Source: an uncultured Eubacteriales bacterium
Lineage (GTDB): Bacteria; Bacillota; Clostridia; RGIG6154
Length of the DNA: 64,000 nucleotides
Assembly (NCBI GenBank): GCA_964568815.1
Contig: CAZMRY010000001.1
Coordinates: forward strand, 14,055-78,054
Direction: 5' to 3'
Positions 28,452 to 37,548 of the stretch are shown piece after piece (positions within the stretch are counted from its first letter, which is position 1; every line of letters starts with the position of its first letter). The position numbers and the translations under genes were made by a program. Under the pieces are notes generated by a model, which was given only the letters and a program-made list of their open reading frames with translations, was not told where the DNA came from and did not search any database.

Positions 28452-28850
28452 CTAAAAATACTTCTTGCTATTCATCAAACACTGAATATTGTTTAATGTT
28501 TCACCAAAGCGTTGGAAGTGAATTACTTCACGCTGGCGGAGGAATTTAAGTGGTTCTAATACATCGTAGTCATCGCAGAGATCCATTAAATATTCGTAGG
28601 TTGCTCTTGCCTTTTGTTCTGCAGCCATATTTTCGGATAGATCGGTTATTGGGTCTGAGGTTACCTGAAGTGTTGCCGCAGAAAACGGATCGCCTGACGC
28701 AGACATTGGATATGCTCCGATACCATGGTCTACATAGGCATCTCCGTATGCGTTTTTGATTTGTTCCCTTGTTGCGCCCTTTAATAGCTGTCTTACCATT
28801 GTGCAAACAATTTCTTGATGTGCCAGTTCTTCCGTACCTACATCGTGTAT
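28452..28850 (-). CDS. manganese catalase / CotJC-like protein, 3' (C-terminal) segment of a split gene
   Basis: ...GTEELAHQEIVCTMV...GDPFSAATLQVTSDPITDLSENMAAEQKARATYEYLMDLCDDYDVLEPLKFLRQREVIHFQRFGE matches the CotJC/Mn-catalase family. Codons upstream of DVGTEE within ORF 28452..28928 are element-derived and not genuine. Confidence 0.8.
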   Translation of the reverse strand: MHDVGTEELAHQEIVCTMVRQLLKGATREQIKNAYGDAYVDHGIGAYPMSASGDPFSAATLQVTSDPITDLSENMAAEQKARATYEYLMDLCDDYDVLEPLKFLRQREVIHFQRFGETLNNIQCLMNSKKYF

Positions 28851-29082
28851 ATAATGCTCCTTTATATGAAAATGCCCTGAAACTCGCTCAAATACAGGTG
28901 TTTGAGCGTTGCCTGAAATATGGGACATGCCCTGAGTATGTAAGAAAAATCAAGGCAAAAGAACCTGAAATGATAGTAAATGTAAAGCTATCTGTAAATT
29001 GAAAATTAATTCAGACCAATTTGGGCGGAATTTAATTAGTCCCAATTTGGGACACATTTTTTTGCAGTATAAGAGGAACTAA

Positions 29083-29114
29083 CACCCGTCAATTGTGACG
29101 GGTGTTGTTTTTAT
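29083..29114 (+). terminator. perfect 12-bp hairpin plus T-run inside the element's left end
   Basis: caacacccgtca(attg)tgacgggtgttg followed by ttttt. It could insulate the cargo from read-through or act as a terminator-like protein site. Confidence 0.5.
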
Positions 29115-29247
29115 GCCGAAAAAGGTGTTTGTTTTAGCAAGCACGGCATTTGTACTCCCAAAAGCCACTTGTTTGTGGCTATGCCCCTAAAACCCCAACT
29201 TGATTTTGTTGAAAAACAATAAAAATGTTGAAATTCGCCATAAAATA

Positions 29248-29276
29248 TTGATTTTCATAATTGATTGTGCTATAAT
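29248..29276 (+). promoter_or_regulatory. sigmaA-type promoter of the controller/R-M operon
   Basis: TTGATT (29248-29253), a 17-nt spacer, then TATAAT (29271-29276). An upstream inverted repeat AGCCACttgtttGTGGCT at 29161-29182 is a candidate operator. Confidence 0.55.
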
Positions 29277-29326
29277 ATATAATAATGTATTGTAAATTAT
29301 TATTGTAGCCGAAAGGATGAATAAGA

Positions 29327-29527
29327 ATGGCAGTTACTTATAATAAATTGTGGCATCTTCTGCTTGACAGAGGTATGAAGAAAAAAGAGTTGCAGGAAAT
29401 GGCAGAGCTTACAAGCCATACAATGCTTAAACTTCGCAATAATCAGGATATTTCACTTGAAGCTATGCTGAAGATTTGTAAGTGCTTGGAATGCAATATG
29501 GAAGATATTATGGATGTAATCGAATAG
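29327..29527 (+). CDS. small XRE/Cro-type HTH protein, likely controller (C) protein of the R-M system
   Basis: 66 aa with KKELQEMAELTSHTMLKLRNNQDISLEAMLKICKCL as the HTH, and SD GGATGAATAAGAATG. It sits immediately upstream of hsdR. Confidence 0.6.
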   Translation: MAVTYNKLWHLLLDRGMKKKELQEMAELTSHTMLKLRNNQDISLEAMLKICKCLECNMEDIMDVIE

Positions 29528-29545
29528 TACGAAAGGAGGGGGCTT

Positions 29546-32071
29546 ATGAAAGCAAAAGAAGCTAAAGCTCGTTTGAAAATAAACAAACTACTCGAAGAAA
29601 CTGGTTGGCGTTTCTTTGACGATGAAAATGGAGCCGCAAATATTCAGGTTGAGCCGAATGTAAAAATAACAAAAACACAAATAGATTCATTAGGTGAAGA
29701 TTTTAATACAGTAAAAAACGGATTTGTAGATTTCTTGTTACTTGATGATAACGGAAAACCATTCGTAGTTCTTGAAGCTAAATCAGAAGATAAAGACCCA
29801 CTTGTAGGTAAAGAACAAGCAAGAGAATATGCAAAATCGTTGTATGTTAAATATGTAATTTTATCAAATGGAAATCAGCATTATTTTTGGAATATTACAA
29901 AAGGAAATCCTCAGATTATAACTGCTTTCCCGAGTTATGAGAGCTTAAAAGAAAGTAAGGCATTTACTGCCGATTCATCAAAATTGTATAAAGAAGAAAT
30001 CAGGAGCGACTATATAGCGGTCATTAAAAATCCTAATTATGAAGAAGCTCCCGAATATAAGAACGAAGAAACGAGACAGAAATTTATATTTGATAGCGGA
30101 TTGCGTTTTTTGAGACCCTATCAGGTTAATGCTTTGAAGAAATTACAAGCTTCTGTAAAAGACGGAAATCAACGATTCTTATTTGAAATGGCAACAGGCA
30201 CAGGAAAAACACTTACATCTGCTGCGGTTATCAGATTATTTTTAAGAAGCGGTAATGCAAATAGGGTTTTGTTTCTTGTTGATAGAATCGAACTTGAAAA
30301 TCAGGCAAAAAAGAATTTTCAAAACTATCTTTCCCCTGACTATCAAACAGTAATTTTTAAAGAGAATAAGGATGATTGGCGTAAGGCTGAAATTGTTGTT
30401 TCTACTGTGCAGACGCTTGTGGCAAACAATAAATATAAAAGATTTTTCAAGCCTACTGATTTTTCTTTGATTATAGCAGATGAAAGCCATCGCTCAATTA
30501 ACGGAAACAGCAGAGCAGTATTTGAATATTTCTTAGGATATAAGTTAGGACTTACAGCTACTCCGAAGGACTATATAAAAAATGTAGATATTGAAAAAAT
30601 GAAAAGTACAGACCCACGAGCTTGGGAAAAAAGACAGCTTCTTGACAGTTACAAAACTTTTGGATGTGAAAGCGGAGAGCCGACATTCAGATATTCGTTG
30701 CTTGACGGTGTTCGTGACGGTTATTTAATCAATCCTACAGTTGTTGATGCAAGAACTGAAATTACGACCAAACTGTTGGCAGAAGAAGGTTATGCGTTTA
30801 TAACAACAGGTGATGAGCAAGACGAAGAACAGGAAGAAACATTTTTCGCAAGAGATTTTGAACGTAAATTCTTTTCTGAAACTACCAATAAGGTTTTTGT
30901 AAAAACATTTATGGATAACGCATTAAGAGACCCAATAACAGGCGAAATCGGTAAGGGTATTATTTTCTGCGTAAGTCGCAGACACGCTGCAAAAATCACA
31001 CAGTTACTCAATGAATATGCAGATAAAATGTTTCCGGGCAAGTATTGTTCGGACTTTGCTATGCAGATAACATCAGATGTTATGAATGCACAGACTTATA
31101 CAACTAATTTCCAAAATAACAATTTAAGCGGTACTACTGTATTTTTGGATGGTTACAAATCGTCAAAAACAAGAATATGCGTAACAGTCGGTATGATGAC
31201 AACCGGATATGATTGTGAAGATTTGCTCAATATAGGCTTGTTAAGACCAATATTTTCGCCTACCGATTTTATTCAGATAAAAGGCAGGGGTACAAGAAAA
31301 GCAACTTTTGTTTATAGAGAAAAAATCAACGGAATTATTGAAGAACGCAAAGAAGAAAAAACTACCTTTAAGCTCTTTGATTTCTTTGGTAACTGTGAAT
31401 ATTTTGAAGAAAAATATAACTATGATGAAGTCATAAAGCTTCCGAGAACGCATACATCAGGTAATGGGACAGAGCTTCCAACACAATCTGAAGATTATGA
31501 GAATTTTAACCCTGACCCATTGGCTTCTATGACGGAAACAGCGATTGGGATTGAAGGTATGAAGATTGACAGAATGTTCTTCGATAAATTTGAAGAAACT
31601 GTCAAGGATGACCCGATTGCAAAGGAACAGTATGAGCAAGGCAATTATCAGGCTGTTATCAGCTATATAGATGAAAACATAATGAATAAGCCTAATGAAT
31701 ATTATACTTGGGACAAGCTGCGCAGAGCGATTGGAAGCGACAGACGAATCACTGCAAGAGAAATTCTTGATAAGATATTTGGTGTTTTGCCATTCTTTAA
31801 AAGTAAGAAACAGCTTGTTGATGATGAATTTGAGTCATTTATGCTTACAAGCAAAGTTCCGCAGGAAAAATATTGGGATATAAAGCATTTCTTTGAAACA
31901 TACATAACAGACAAAGATGTAAGACGGGCGATTGAGGACGGGACTTACCAGCTTTTGGGTACAGAAATCAGCACATATACAATGTCCGATTTGAAAAAGC
32001 TCGGTAAGGACTCAATGTTGCACATCGTAGATTATGTTAATGACAATGTGAATGTTTCAAGATTTATGTAG
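29546..32071 (+). CDS. hsdR: Type I restriction enzyme R subunit-like protein (PD-(D/E)xK nuclease N-domain plus SF2 DEAH helicase)
   Basis: N-terminal HsdR_N-type nuclease motif (VDFLLLDDNGKPFVVLEAK), Walker A MATGTGKTLT, DESH box IIADESHRS, and motif VI QIKGRGTR. At 841 aa it is shorter than canonical HsdR. Confidence 0.7.
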   Translation: MKAKEAKARLKINKLLEETGWRFFDDENGAANIQVEPNVKITKTQIDSLGEDFNTVKNGFVDFLLLDDNGKPFVVLEAKSEDKDPLVGKEQAREYAKSLYVKYVILSNGNQHYFWNITKGNPQIITAFPSYESLKESKAFTADSSKLYKEEIRSDYIAVIKNPNYEEAPEYKNEETRQKFIFDSGLRFLRPYQVNALKKLQASVKDGNQRFLFEMATGTGKTLTSAAVIRLFLRSGNANRVLFLVDRIELENQAKKNFQNYLSPDYQTVIFKENKDDWRKAEIVVSTVQTLVANNKYKRFFKPTDFSLIIADESHRSINGNSRAVFEYFLGYKLGLTATPKDYIKNVDIEKMKSTDPRAWEKRQLLDSYKTFGCESGEPTFRYSLLDGVRDGYLINPTVVDARTEITTKLLAEEGYAFITTGDEQDEEQEETFFARDFERKFFSETTNKVFVKTFMDNALRDPITGEIGKGIIFCVSRRHAAKITQLLNEYADKMFPGKYCSDFAMQITSDVMNAQTYTTNFQNNNLSGTTVFLDGYKSSKTRICVTVGMMTTGYDCEDLLNIGLLRPIFSPTDFIQIKGRGTRKATFVYREKINGIIEERKEEKTTFKLFDFFGNCEYFEEKYNYDEVIKLPRTHTSGNGTELPTQSEDYENFNPDPLASMTETAIGIEGMKIDRMFFDKFEETVKDDPIAKEQYEQGNYQAVISYIDENIMNKPNEYYTWDKLRRAIGSDRRITAREILDKIFGVLPFFKSKKQLVDDEFESFMLTSKVPQEKYWDIKHFFETYITDKDVRRAIEDGTYQLLGTEISTYTMSDLKKLGKDSMLHIVDYVNDNVNVSRFM

Positions 32072-32080
32072 GAGGAAGCT

Positions 32081-34600
32081 ATGTTAAAGTTTGATGTAAA
32101 AAGAAAAATCAATACCTTGCGGGATATTTTGGTTGGCAAAGTACCTGACCCGAAGGCACAGGTTGAACAAATTACCATTGCAATGATTTATAAATTTATG
32201 GATGATATGGATATTGAAGCAATGGAATTTGGTGGTGAACGTGTATTCTTTAAAGGCGAATACGAAAAATATGCGTGGTCAAATCTTATGAGTCCTGAAA
32301 ATAGCGGACAGAAAAGAGCAATGATTTATGCTGAGGGTATTGAAAAAATGGTAATGAATCAGAATATACCCCAGCTATTCAGAGATATATTCAGAGGTGC
32401 ATATATACCATACAGAGACCCCGAAACTCTTAATATGTTTTTAAAAGAAATCAGCGATTTTTCTTATGATAACAGCGAGGATTTGGGGAATGCCTTTGAG
32501 TATTTGCTTTTAATAATGGGTAGTCAGGGCGATGCAGGGCAGTTCAGAACACCGAGACACATTATTGATATGATGGTTGAAATTGTTGACCCGAAGAAAA
32601 ATGATACAATTCTTGATCCGGCGTGCGGAACAGCAGGATTTTTGATAAGTGCTTATAAGCATATCAAAAATACAAATGTGGACGAGAACGGAAATTCAAC
32701 CCTGACACCTGATGACAGAAGACGATTAACCGATAATTTTGCAGGATATGATATTTCTCCCGATATGGTTAGATTATCAAGAGTTAATATGTATTTACAC
32801 AATTTTACTAAACCTAACATAAGTGAATACGATACTCTTACAAGCGAGGAAAAATGGGATGATAATTATGATGTGATTCTTGCAAATCCTCCGTTTATGA
32901 CACCAAAAGGCGGTATTATGCCTCATAGACGATATATCACAGAAGCAAAACGCTCAGAAGTGTTATTTGTAGATTATATTGTTCAGCATTTGAATACAAA
33001 CGGAAAGGCTGCCATTATTGTTCCTGAAGGTATAGTTTTTCAGTCACAGTCTGCATATAAAAAGATTCGCCAAATACTTGTAGATGATGATTTTCTTTAT
33101 GGTGTTATTTCCTTGCCTGCCGGAGTTTTTAACCCTTATAGTGGTGTAAAAACAAGCATTTTGTTAATTGACAAAACACTAGCAAAGCAGAAAGATGATA
33201 TTCTTTTTATTAAAATGAATAATGATGGATTTGATTTAGGGGCACAACGCAGAGAAATAAAGAAAAATGATATTCCTGACATTGTTAATATCGTTAAGGC
33301 ATATCAAGAGAGTGAAGATGTCAGCGACAATCCGATTGTTACTTTGGCTGATAAGAAAAGGATTTGCGAGCAGGATTATATCCTTGTTGGAGAACGATAT
33401 AAACAAGATAGAATGATTGATAGCAAGTGGGAAATGGTCAAATTAGGCGACTTGTGTGATTTGCAAAATGGTTATGCATTTAAATCTTCTGATTATATTG
33501 ATTGCTCAAACACTTTAAATTTTAGAATGAGTAATATTAGACCGGATGGAAACGTGGATTTAGAATATGCAAAAAAACATCTTCCAAATGAGTATGCTGA
33601 AAAATTTCCAGAATATATCTTGTCATCAGGGGATGTTGTAATAGCGATGACCGATATGGCTAATGACCCCCAAATATTAGGAGTTCCAACTATTATCCCA
33701 GAACATTATGGTACATTACTTTTGAATCAGCGTGTAGGTAAATTCATAAATATCAATTGTGAAAAGTTGTATGTGCCATTTTTAAAACATGTACTTAATT
33801 GTGATACGGTGAAAAATTATTATAAATCACTCAGTGGCGGAGGATTGCAAATTAATTTAAGCAAAAAAGACTTATTACAACTACAAATTCCTGTTCCTCC
33901 ACTATCAATTCAGAGAGAAATTGTTGATGAAATAGAAAGTTATCAAAAAATTATTGACGGTGCAAGGCAAATTGTGAATAATTATAAGCCAACTATCAAG
34001 ATTAACCCTGAATGGGAAAATGTTGAAATTGGAAGTATGTATGATATTAGTTATGGTGTTACCATTTCTATTCCGCAAAATGAAGATGAAAACGGAATCA
34101 AAATTATATCTACTGCTGAGGTTGGTTTAGATGGACAGCTTGATTTGTCAAATATAAGAAAAGTACATTACGATAAAAAGTATGAAAAATTTGTTTTAGA
34201 GCCTGATACATTGCTATTTAATTGGAGAAATGCTCCAAAACACGTTGGTAAAACAGCTTGGTTTTTACAGGAGGACGATAAATATATAAGTGCCTCATTC
34301 TTGTTATCGTTGAAAAATAAAAATCCTAAATGTTACGATAATGGGTTTGTGTGGTGTGCTTTAAACAACCTTCGTGAAACCGGTTATTTTATGAGAAATG
34401 CAAGACAGGCTGTAAATCAAACGAATTTCAACGGGGACCAGCTTTCAAAAACAAAAATAGCTATACCAAATATAGAGGAACAACAGCATATTATGAAAGG
34501 CATATATGAGGAAATGGTTATTGTTGAAAAAAATAAGAGGTTGATTGAAATTTTTGAACAAAAAATAAAGGATAAAATTTCAGAAGTTTGGGGTGATTAA
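32081..34600 (+). CDS. fused Type I R-M methyltransferase-specificity protein (HsdM N-6 adenine MTase domain plus two HsdS-like target-recognition domains)
   Basis: SAM-binding motif I LDPACGTAGFL and motif IV VILANPPF. C-terminal tandem TRD-like segments (KLGDLCDLQNGYAFKS... and VEIGSMYDISYGVTIS...) each show HsdS conserved spacing. 839 aa. Confidence 0.75.
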   Translation: MLKFDVKRKINTLRDILVGKVPDPKAQVEQITIAMIYKFMDDMDIEAMEFGGERVFFKGEYEKYAWSNLMSPENSGQKRAMIYAEGIEKMVMNQNIPQLFRDIFRGAYIPYRDPETLNMFLKEISDFSYDNSEDLGNAFEYLLLIMGSQGDAGQFRTPRHIIDMMVEIVDPKKNDTILDPACGTAGFLISAYKHIKNTNVDENGNSTLTPDDRRRLTDNFAGYDISPDMVRLSRVNMYLHNFTKPNISEYDTLTSEEKWDDNYDVILANPPFMTPKGGIMPHRRYITEAKRSEVLFVDYIVQHLNTNGKAAIIVPEGIVFQSQSAYKKIRQILVDDDFLYGVISLPAGVFNPYSGVKTSILLIDKTLAKQKDDILFIKMNNDGFDLGAQRREIKKNDIPDIVNIVKAYQESEDVSDNPIVTLADKKRICEQDYILVGERYKQDRMIDSKWEMVKLGDLCDLQNGYAFKSSDYIDCSNTLNFRMSNIRPDGNVDLEYAKKHLPNEYAEKFPEYILSSGDVVIAMTDMANDPQILGVPTIIPEHYGTLLLNQRVGKFININCEKLYVPFLKHVLNCDTVKNYYKSLSGGGLQINLSKKDLLQLQIPVPPLSIQREIVDEIESYQKIIDGARQIVNNYKPTIKINPEWENVEIGSMYDISYGVTISIPQNEDENGIKIISTAEVGLDGQLDLSNIRKVHYDKKYEKFVLEPDTLLFNWRNAPKHVGKTAWFLQEDDKYISASFLLSLKNKNPKCYDNGFVWCALNNLRETGYFMRNARQAVNQTNFNGDQLSKTKIAIPNIEEQQHIMKGIYEEMVIVEKNKRLIEIFEQKIKDKISEVWGD

Positions 34601-35789
34601 TTTGGGAGCTGATGAGATCCGCAAAAATCTTGGCGAAGCATTATCTATATTTGCAAAAACAGTAGAAAATGTAACAAATTCAATGGATGTAGAAGCAACA
34701 GTAGCGTACAGAGATTTTGTAGATGATTTGATGTCATATTTTCCAATGACCAAAGTAAATACTCAAGCAGGTACTTATGACCAATACCTACAAGATTTAA
34801 GAAAAACTGTTGTCGATAATTATGATAAAAATAATTATCAGGTAGCATATTTTTATGCCCACTTGATTTTTATGAGTTATATTTATTACTCGGTTGAATT
34901 AGCTTATAGATTTTTGCCGCAAAAGACAAAAGACCAATACGATATGATAAATGCTTATAGTGGAAATAATAAACCTAATATCGCAGACACTCCCAATGTT
35001 TATTCGTTCAGTAAAATACCCGAAAAAGAAATTTTTAAAGTGTTTTATGCTATTGGCATGGATGTGCAATACATTCAACAGCTTTCATCGTATGTTAAGG
35101 AACGTGATGACTATGCACATGCTACGGGAAAAGGAAATATAGATGATGATGCTTTTAAAACTAACATTAAAACTGTAAAAAGAAATATGGGTACAGTTCA
35201 TAAATTGTTTCAACCATACATCAAAGATAAATATATTGCTTTTTTAATAGATAAGTGTGAATTGTCTCACGAAACAGTTGAAATGGCAATTTCTGATTAT
35301 ATTGTTGATGAAAATTTTTCATATCAGGATATTGATTACCTATGTAATTTAGGAATTAGCAATATAAGAAACGAAAACGATATATTTAAAAGTAAATATA
35401 GTTTGGTAAGAAAAGTTCATTGTGCTTTTATTGAACATTGCATAGAAACTTATGGTATTTCCGAGCCAACCAATTTAGGTAATCTAAGAAACGATACATA
35501 TTTATATTTTAAATACAAAGACAATGCAGAGAAATACATTGAAAGAGAACTCGGAATAAATGGCTACGAATGTGTTAAAAACGGCGGAGAGTTCCCATTG
35601 TATGAGTGTCCTGAATGTGGCGAGGAGCAGTTGGCTCACAATGTAGAAAACGGCAAATTCCATTGTTTTCATTGTGATGAGGATTACACTTCTGAAACAT
35701 TGACATTTTGTTCTCGTTGCGGAGCATTGACAGGAAAAAATGAAATGGATATATGTAAAAACTGTATTGAGGATATGGTGGAAGAATAA
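34593..35789 (+). CDS. hypothetical protein with C-terminal tandem Zn-ribbons, translationally coupled to the R-M methyltransferase gene
   Basis: The start overlaps the hsdMS stop by 8 nt. The C-terminus reads YECPECGEEQLAHNVENGKFHCFHCDEDYTSETLTFCSRCGALTGKNEMDICKNCIE, four CxxC pairs. There is no recognisable catalytic motif in 398 aa. Confidence 0.5.
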   Translation: MINLGADEIRKNLGEALSIFAKTVENVTNSMDVEATVAYRDFVDDLMSYFPMTKVNTQAGTYDQYLQDLRKTVVDNYDKNNYQVAYFYAHLIFMSYIYYSVELAYRFLPQKTKDQYDMINAYSGNNKPNIADTPNVYSFSKIPEKEIFKVFYAIGMDVQYIQQLSSYVKERDDYAHATGKGNIDDDAFKTNIKTVKRNMGTVHKLFQPYIKDKYIAFLIDKCELSHETVEMAISDYIVDENFSYQDIDYLCNLGISNIRNENDIFKSKYSLVRKVHCAFIEHCIETYGISEPTNLGNLRNDTYLYFKYKDNAEKYIERELGINGYECVKNGGEFPLYECPECGEEQLAHNVENGKFHCFHCDEDYTSETLTFCSRCGALTGKNEMDICKNCIEDMVEE

Positions 35790-35790
35790 C

Positions 35791-35829
35791 AAAAAATCTG
35801 CATCTCTATTAAAGAAATGCAGATTTTTT
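35791..35829. terminator. bidirectional terminator between convergent genes
   Basis: aaatctgcat(ctctattaaaga)atgcagattt with T/A runs on both sides. Confidence 0.55.
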
Positions 35830-36475
35830 ATTTCAAAGGATTTTCAAGTATATCTTCAATATTACAACCGAGAATACGGGAGAGTTTATAAAGGGTTTGA
35901 GCTTGTGCTTTGTCAATATCGTTGACTTTTTGTTCATACATTTGGATTGAACGGAGCTTAACGCCTGACATTTCTGCAAGCTCGGACTGAGATATTCCTC
36001 TGCTTTCACGGATGCGTTTTAGCTTTGTTTCAAGCTCGGCTTTGTTATAAAAGCTCTCCATACTGTCTATAAATTGAGTTATATCCATTTCGTGATAAAC
36101 CGAGTACATAGAAATAATTTCAGATAGCGGAATACGTTCAAAAATATCTTTGAAGCGATGTCCCGATGCCCACTGATATTCAGCGAGTGCCCAGCCTGCC
36201 CAATACTCGGGCGAGGCTCCTTCGCTATTTGTTGCAGGGGGTATTTTTTTATCCTTATACGCTTTTTTTATTATTTCACGTGCAAGCTCAACACCCGACA
36301 TTCCTGAAATTACAGCCGGATTTCCACTTTCAAATTTTTGTGCATATCCCGTTGTAACAAAGAGCGAAGCAATCCAATTTGCTTTAAACCCGCAGTCGTT
36401 TATGGCATAGTCAAGCATATCTGCAAGACATTCCTTTGCATCATTCAAATATAATCCGCTGTATGCGTGAGTCAT
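35828..36475 (-). CDS. hypothetical protein with C-terminal XRE HTH
   Basis: 215 aa whose C-terminus ESRGISQSELAEMSGVKLRSIQMYEQ...LYKLSRILGCNIEDIL is an XRE-type HTH. It overlaps the upstream gene by 35 nt. Confidence 0.5.
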   Translation of the reverse strand: MTHAYSGLYLNDAKECLADMLDYAINDCGFKANWIASLFVTTGYAQKFESGNPAVISGMSGVELAREIIKKAYKDKKIPPATNSEGASPEYWAGWALAEYQWASGHRFKDIFERIPLSEIISMYSVYHEMDITQFIDSMESFYNKAELETKLKRIRESRGISQSELAEMSGVKLRSIQMYEQKVNDIDKAQAQTLYKLSRILGCNIEDILENPLK

Positions 36476-37139
36476 CGTTTTTCAGCTCCTCTCTCAGAAT
36501 ATCCATTACAAAAATGTCATCTCGGTAGGATTTACTCTTTTTTATTTCCTGACGGTATGTTTTTCTTGCTGTTGTATCTCTGTCAAGAAATTTTGGATAA
36601 TAGATGCTTTTGTCAACTGGTGATGCATCTATAAATTTAATTTGTTCAAATGCTTTTTGTGATACCAAAACAGTCTGTTCTCCGAGCTTACCGAGCTTTA
36701 ATGCCTGATTTAAGCTGCGAAGCGGAAGTCCGTTTGACACAAAGCTTTCTGCATATCGAAAATATGAATCATCAGCACGATAGCCGACAATCACATCATA
36801 GCTTGATGTATCAATAGAATAATGCTCTATGATATATTCTCTTGCATCAACGGCTATTTCAGAACTCAGCTTGAATGTGCGATATTTAAGGAGTATGGCA
36901 ATCCAATTCAAAACAGTATGATTTCCGTCCATTAAATTTAAGGTTTTAAGTCCGTCAGTATTTAATGTATAACGGTTTATAAATCCGTCTGTGTTCTGCT
37001 TGCAAGCCCATTCCTTTGCCATTTCCTCTGAGCGTGTGCAGTAAAAGCCTTTTCCGTAATCATTATGCTCATTTCCTATATTTATATCTGGTATCTCTAT
37101 AATGTGGTCTGTTCCGTGAAGTAAAGTTATTGTATTCAT
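36441..37139 (-). CDS. hypothetical protein, DUF3990-like (N-terminal LLHGTD...DYGKGFYCT motif)
   Basis: 232 aa. The motif is reminiscent of the DUF3990 family, which co-occurs with small partner proteins on mobile elements. That assignment is from memory only. Confidence 0.4.
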   Translation of the reverse strand: MNTITLLHGTDHIIEIPDINIGNEHNDYGKGFYCTRSEEMAKEWACKQNTDGFINRYTLNTDGLKTLNLMDGNHTVLNWIAILLKYRTFKLSSEIAVDAREYIIEHYSIDTSSYDVIVGYRADDSYFRYAESFVSNGLPLRSLNQALKLGKLGEQTVLVSQKAFEQIKFIDASPVDKSIYYPKFLDRDTTARKTYRQEIKKSKSYRDDIFVMDILREELKNDDSRIQRIIFE

Positions 37140-37319
37140 ATATACCTCCTATATCATTACAATGTTACAATGTTATTATATCATCACAATGATAGTTTGT
37201 CAATCCTTTTAATAAAATTTTTATGTCAGGTCAGATTTTGGTATGCAATGTGCTTTAATAGAAGTAGCATAGTACAAGCGATGATTTGCATAAAATGTCA
37301 GGAGGGGCGGTGTTGTTTG

Positions 37320-37493
37320 ATGAGTAAAGAACTTGTTGTAACTTGCAGTGAAAATAATCTCGATGAAAACAAAGAGTTTATTCTTAATATTCAAAAAGCA
37401 ATGCTTGCTACTCTTTTTGAGGGTGGAAAAATTGATATGGGGCAATATGAAGATGCTATAAGATTACTCGGAAAAAATTTTTCTAAACAATAA
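37320..37493 (+). CDS. small hypothetical protein (57 aa) immediately upstream of the serine recombinase, a candidate recombination directionality factor
   Basis: MSKELVVTCSENNLDENKEFILNIQKAMLATLFEGGKIDMGQYEDAIRLLGKNFSKQ. A GGAGGGG SD lies 14 nt upstream, and an in-frame TTG at 37317 gives better spacing. The ORF track's longer 37170 start lacks an SD. Confidence 0.35.
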   Translation: MSKELVVTCSENNLDENKEFILNIQKAMLATLFEGGKIDMGQYEDAIRLLGKNFSKQ

Positions 37494-37548
37494 TTTTTTG
37501 CAAGTCTTTATATTATGCGATAAAATTTAGAGGAAAGGAGATGATGAA

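Noticed and set aside
28452-28928. Full 158-aa ORF as a catalase gene starting MSHISGNAQTPVFERVSGHFHIKEHYIH
   Set aside because: The first ~27 codons are read-through into element DNA beyond the TACCTA junction and have no catalase homology. The genuine segment starts at DVGTEELAH.
28570-29002. ORFs 28550-28759 (+), 28570-28806 (-) and 28769-29002 (+) around the left element junction
   Set aside because: Arg-rich antisense or alternate-frame artefacts of the catalase segment and element-end non-coding DNA.
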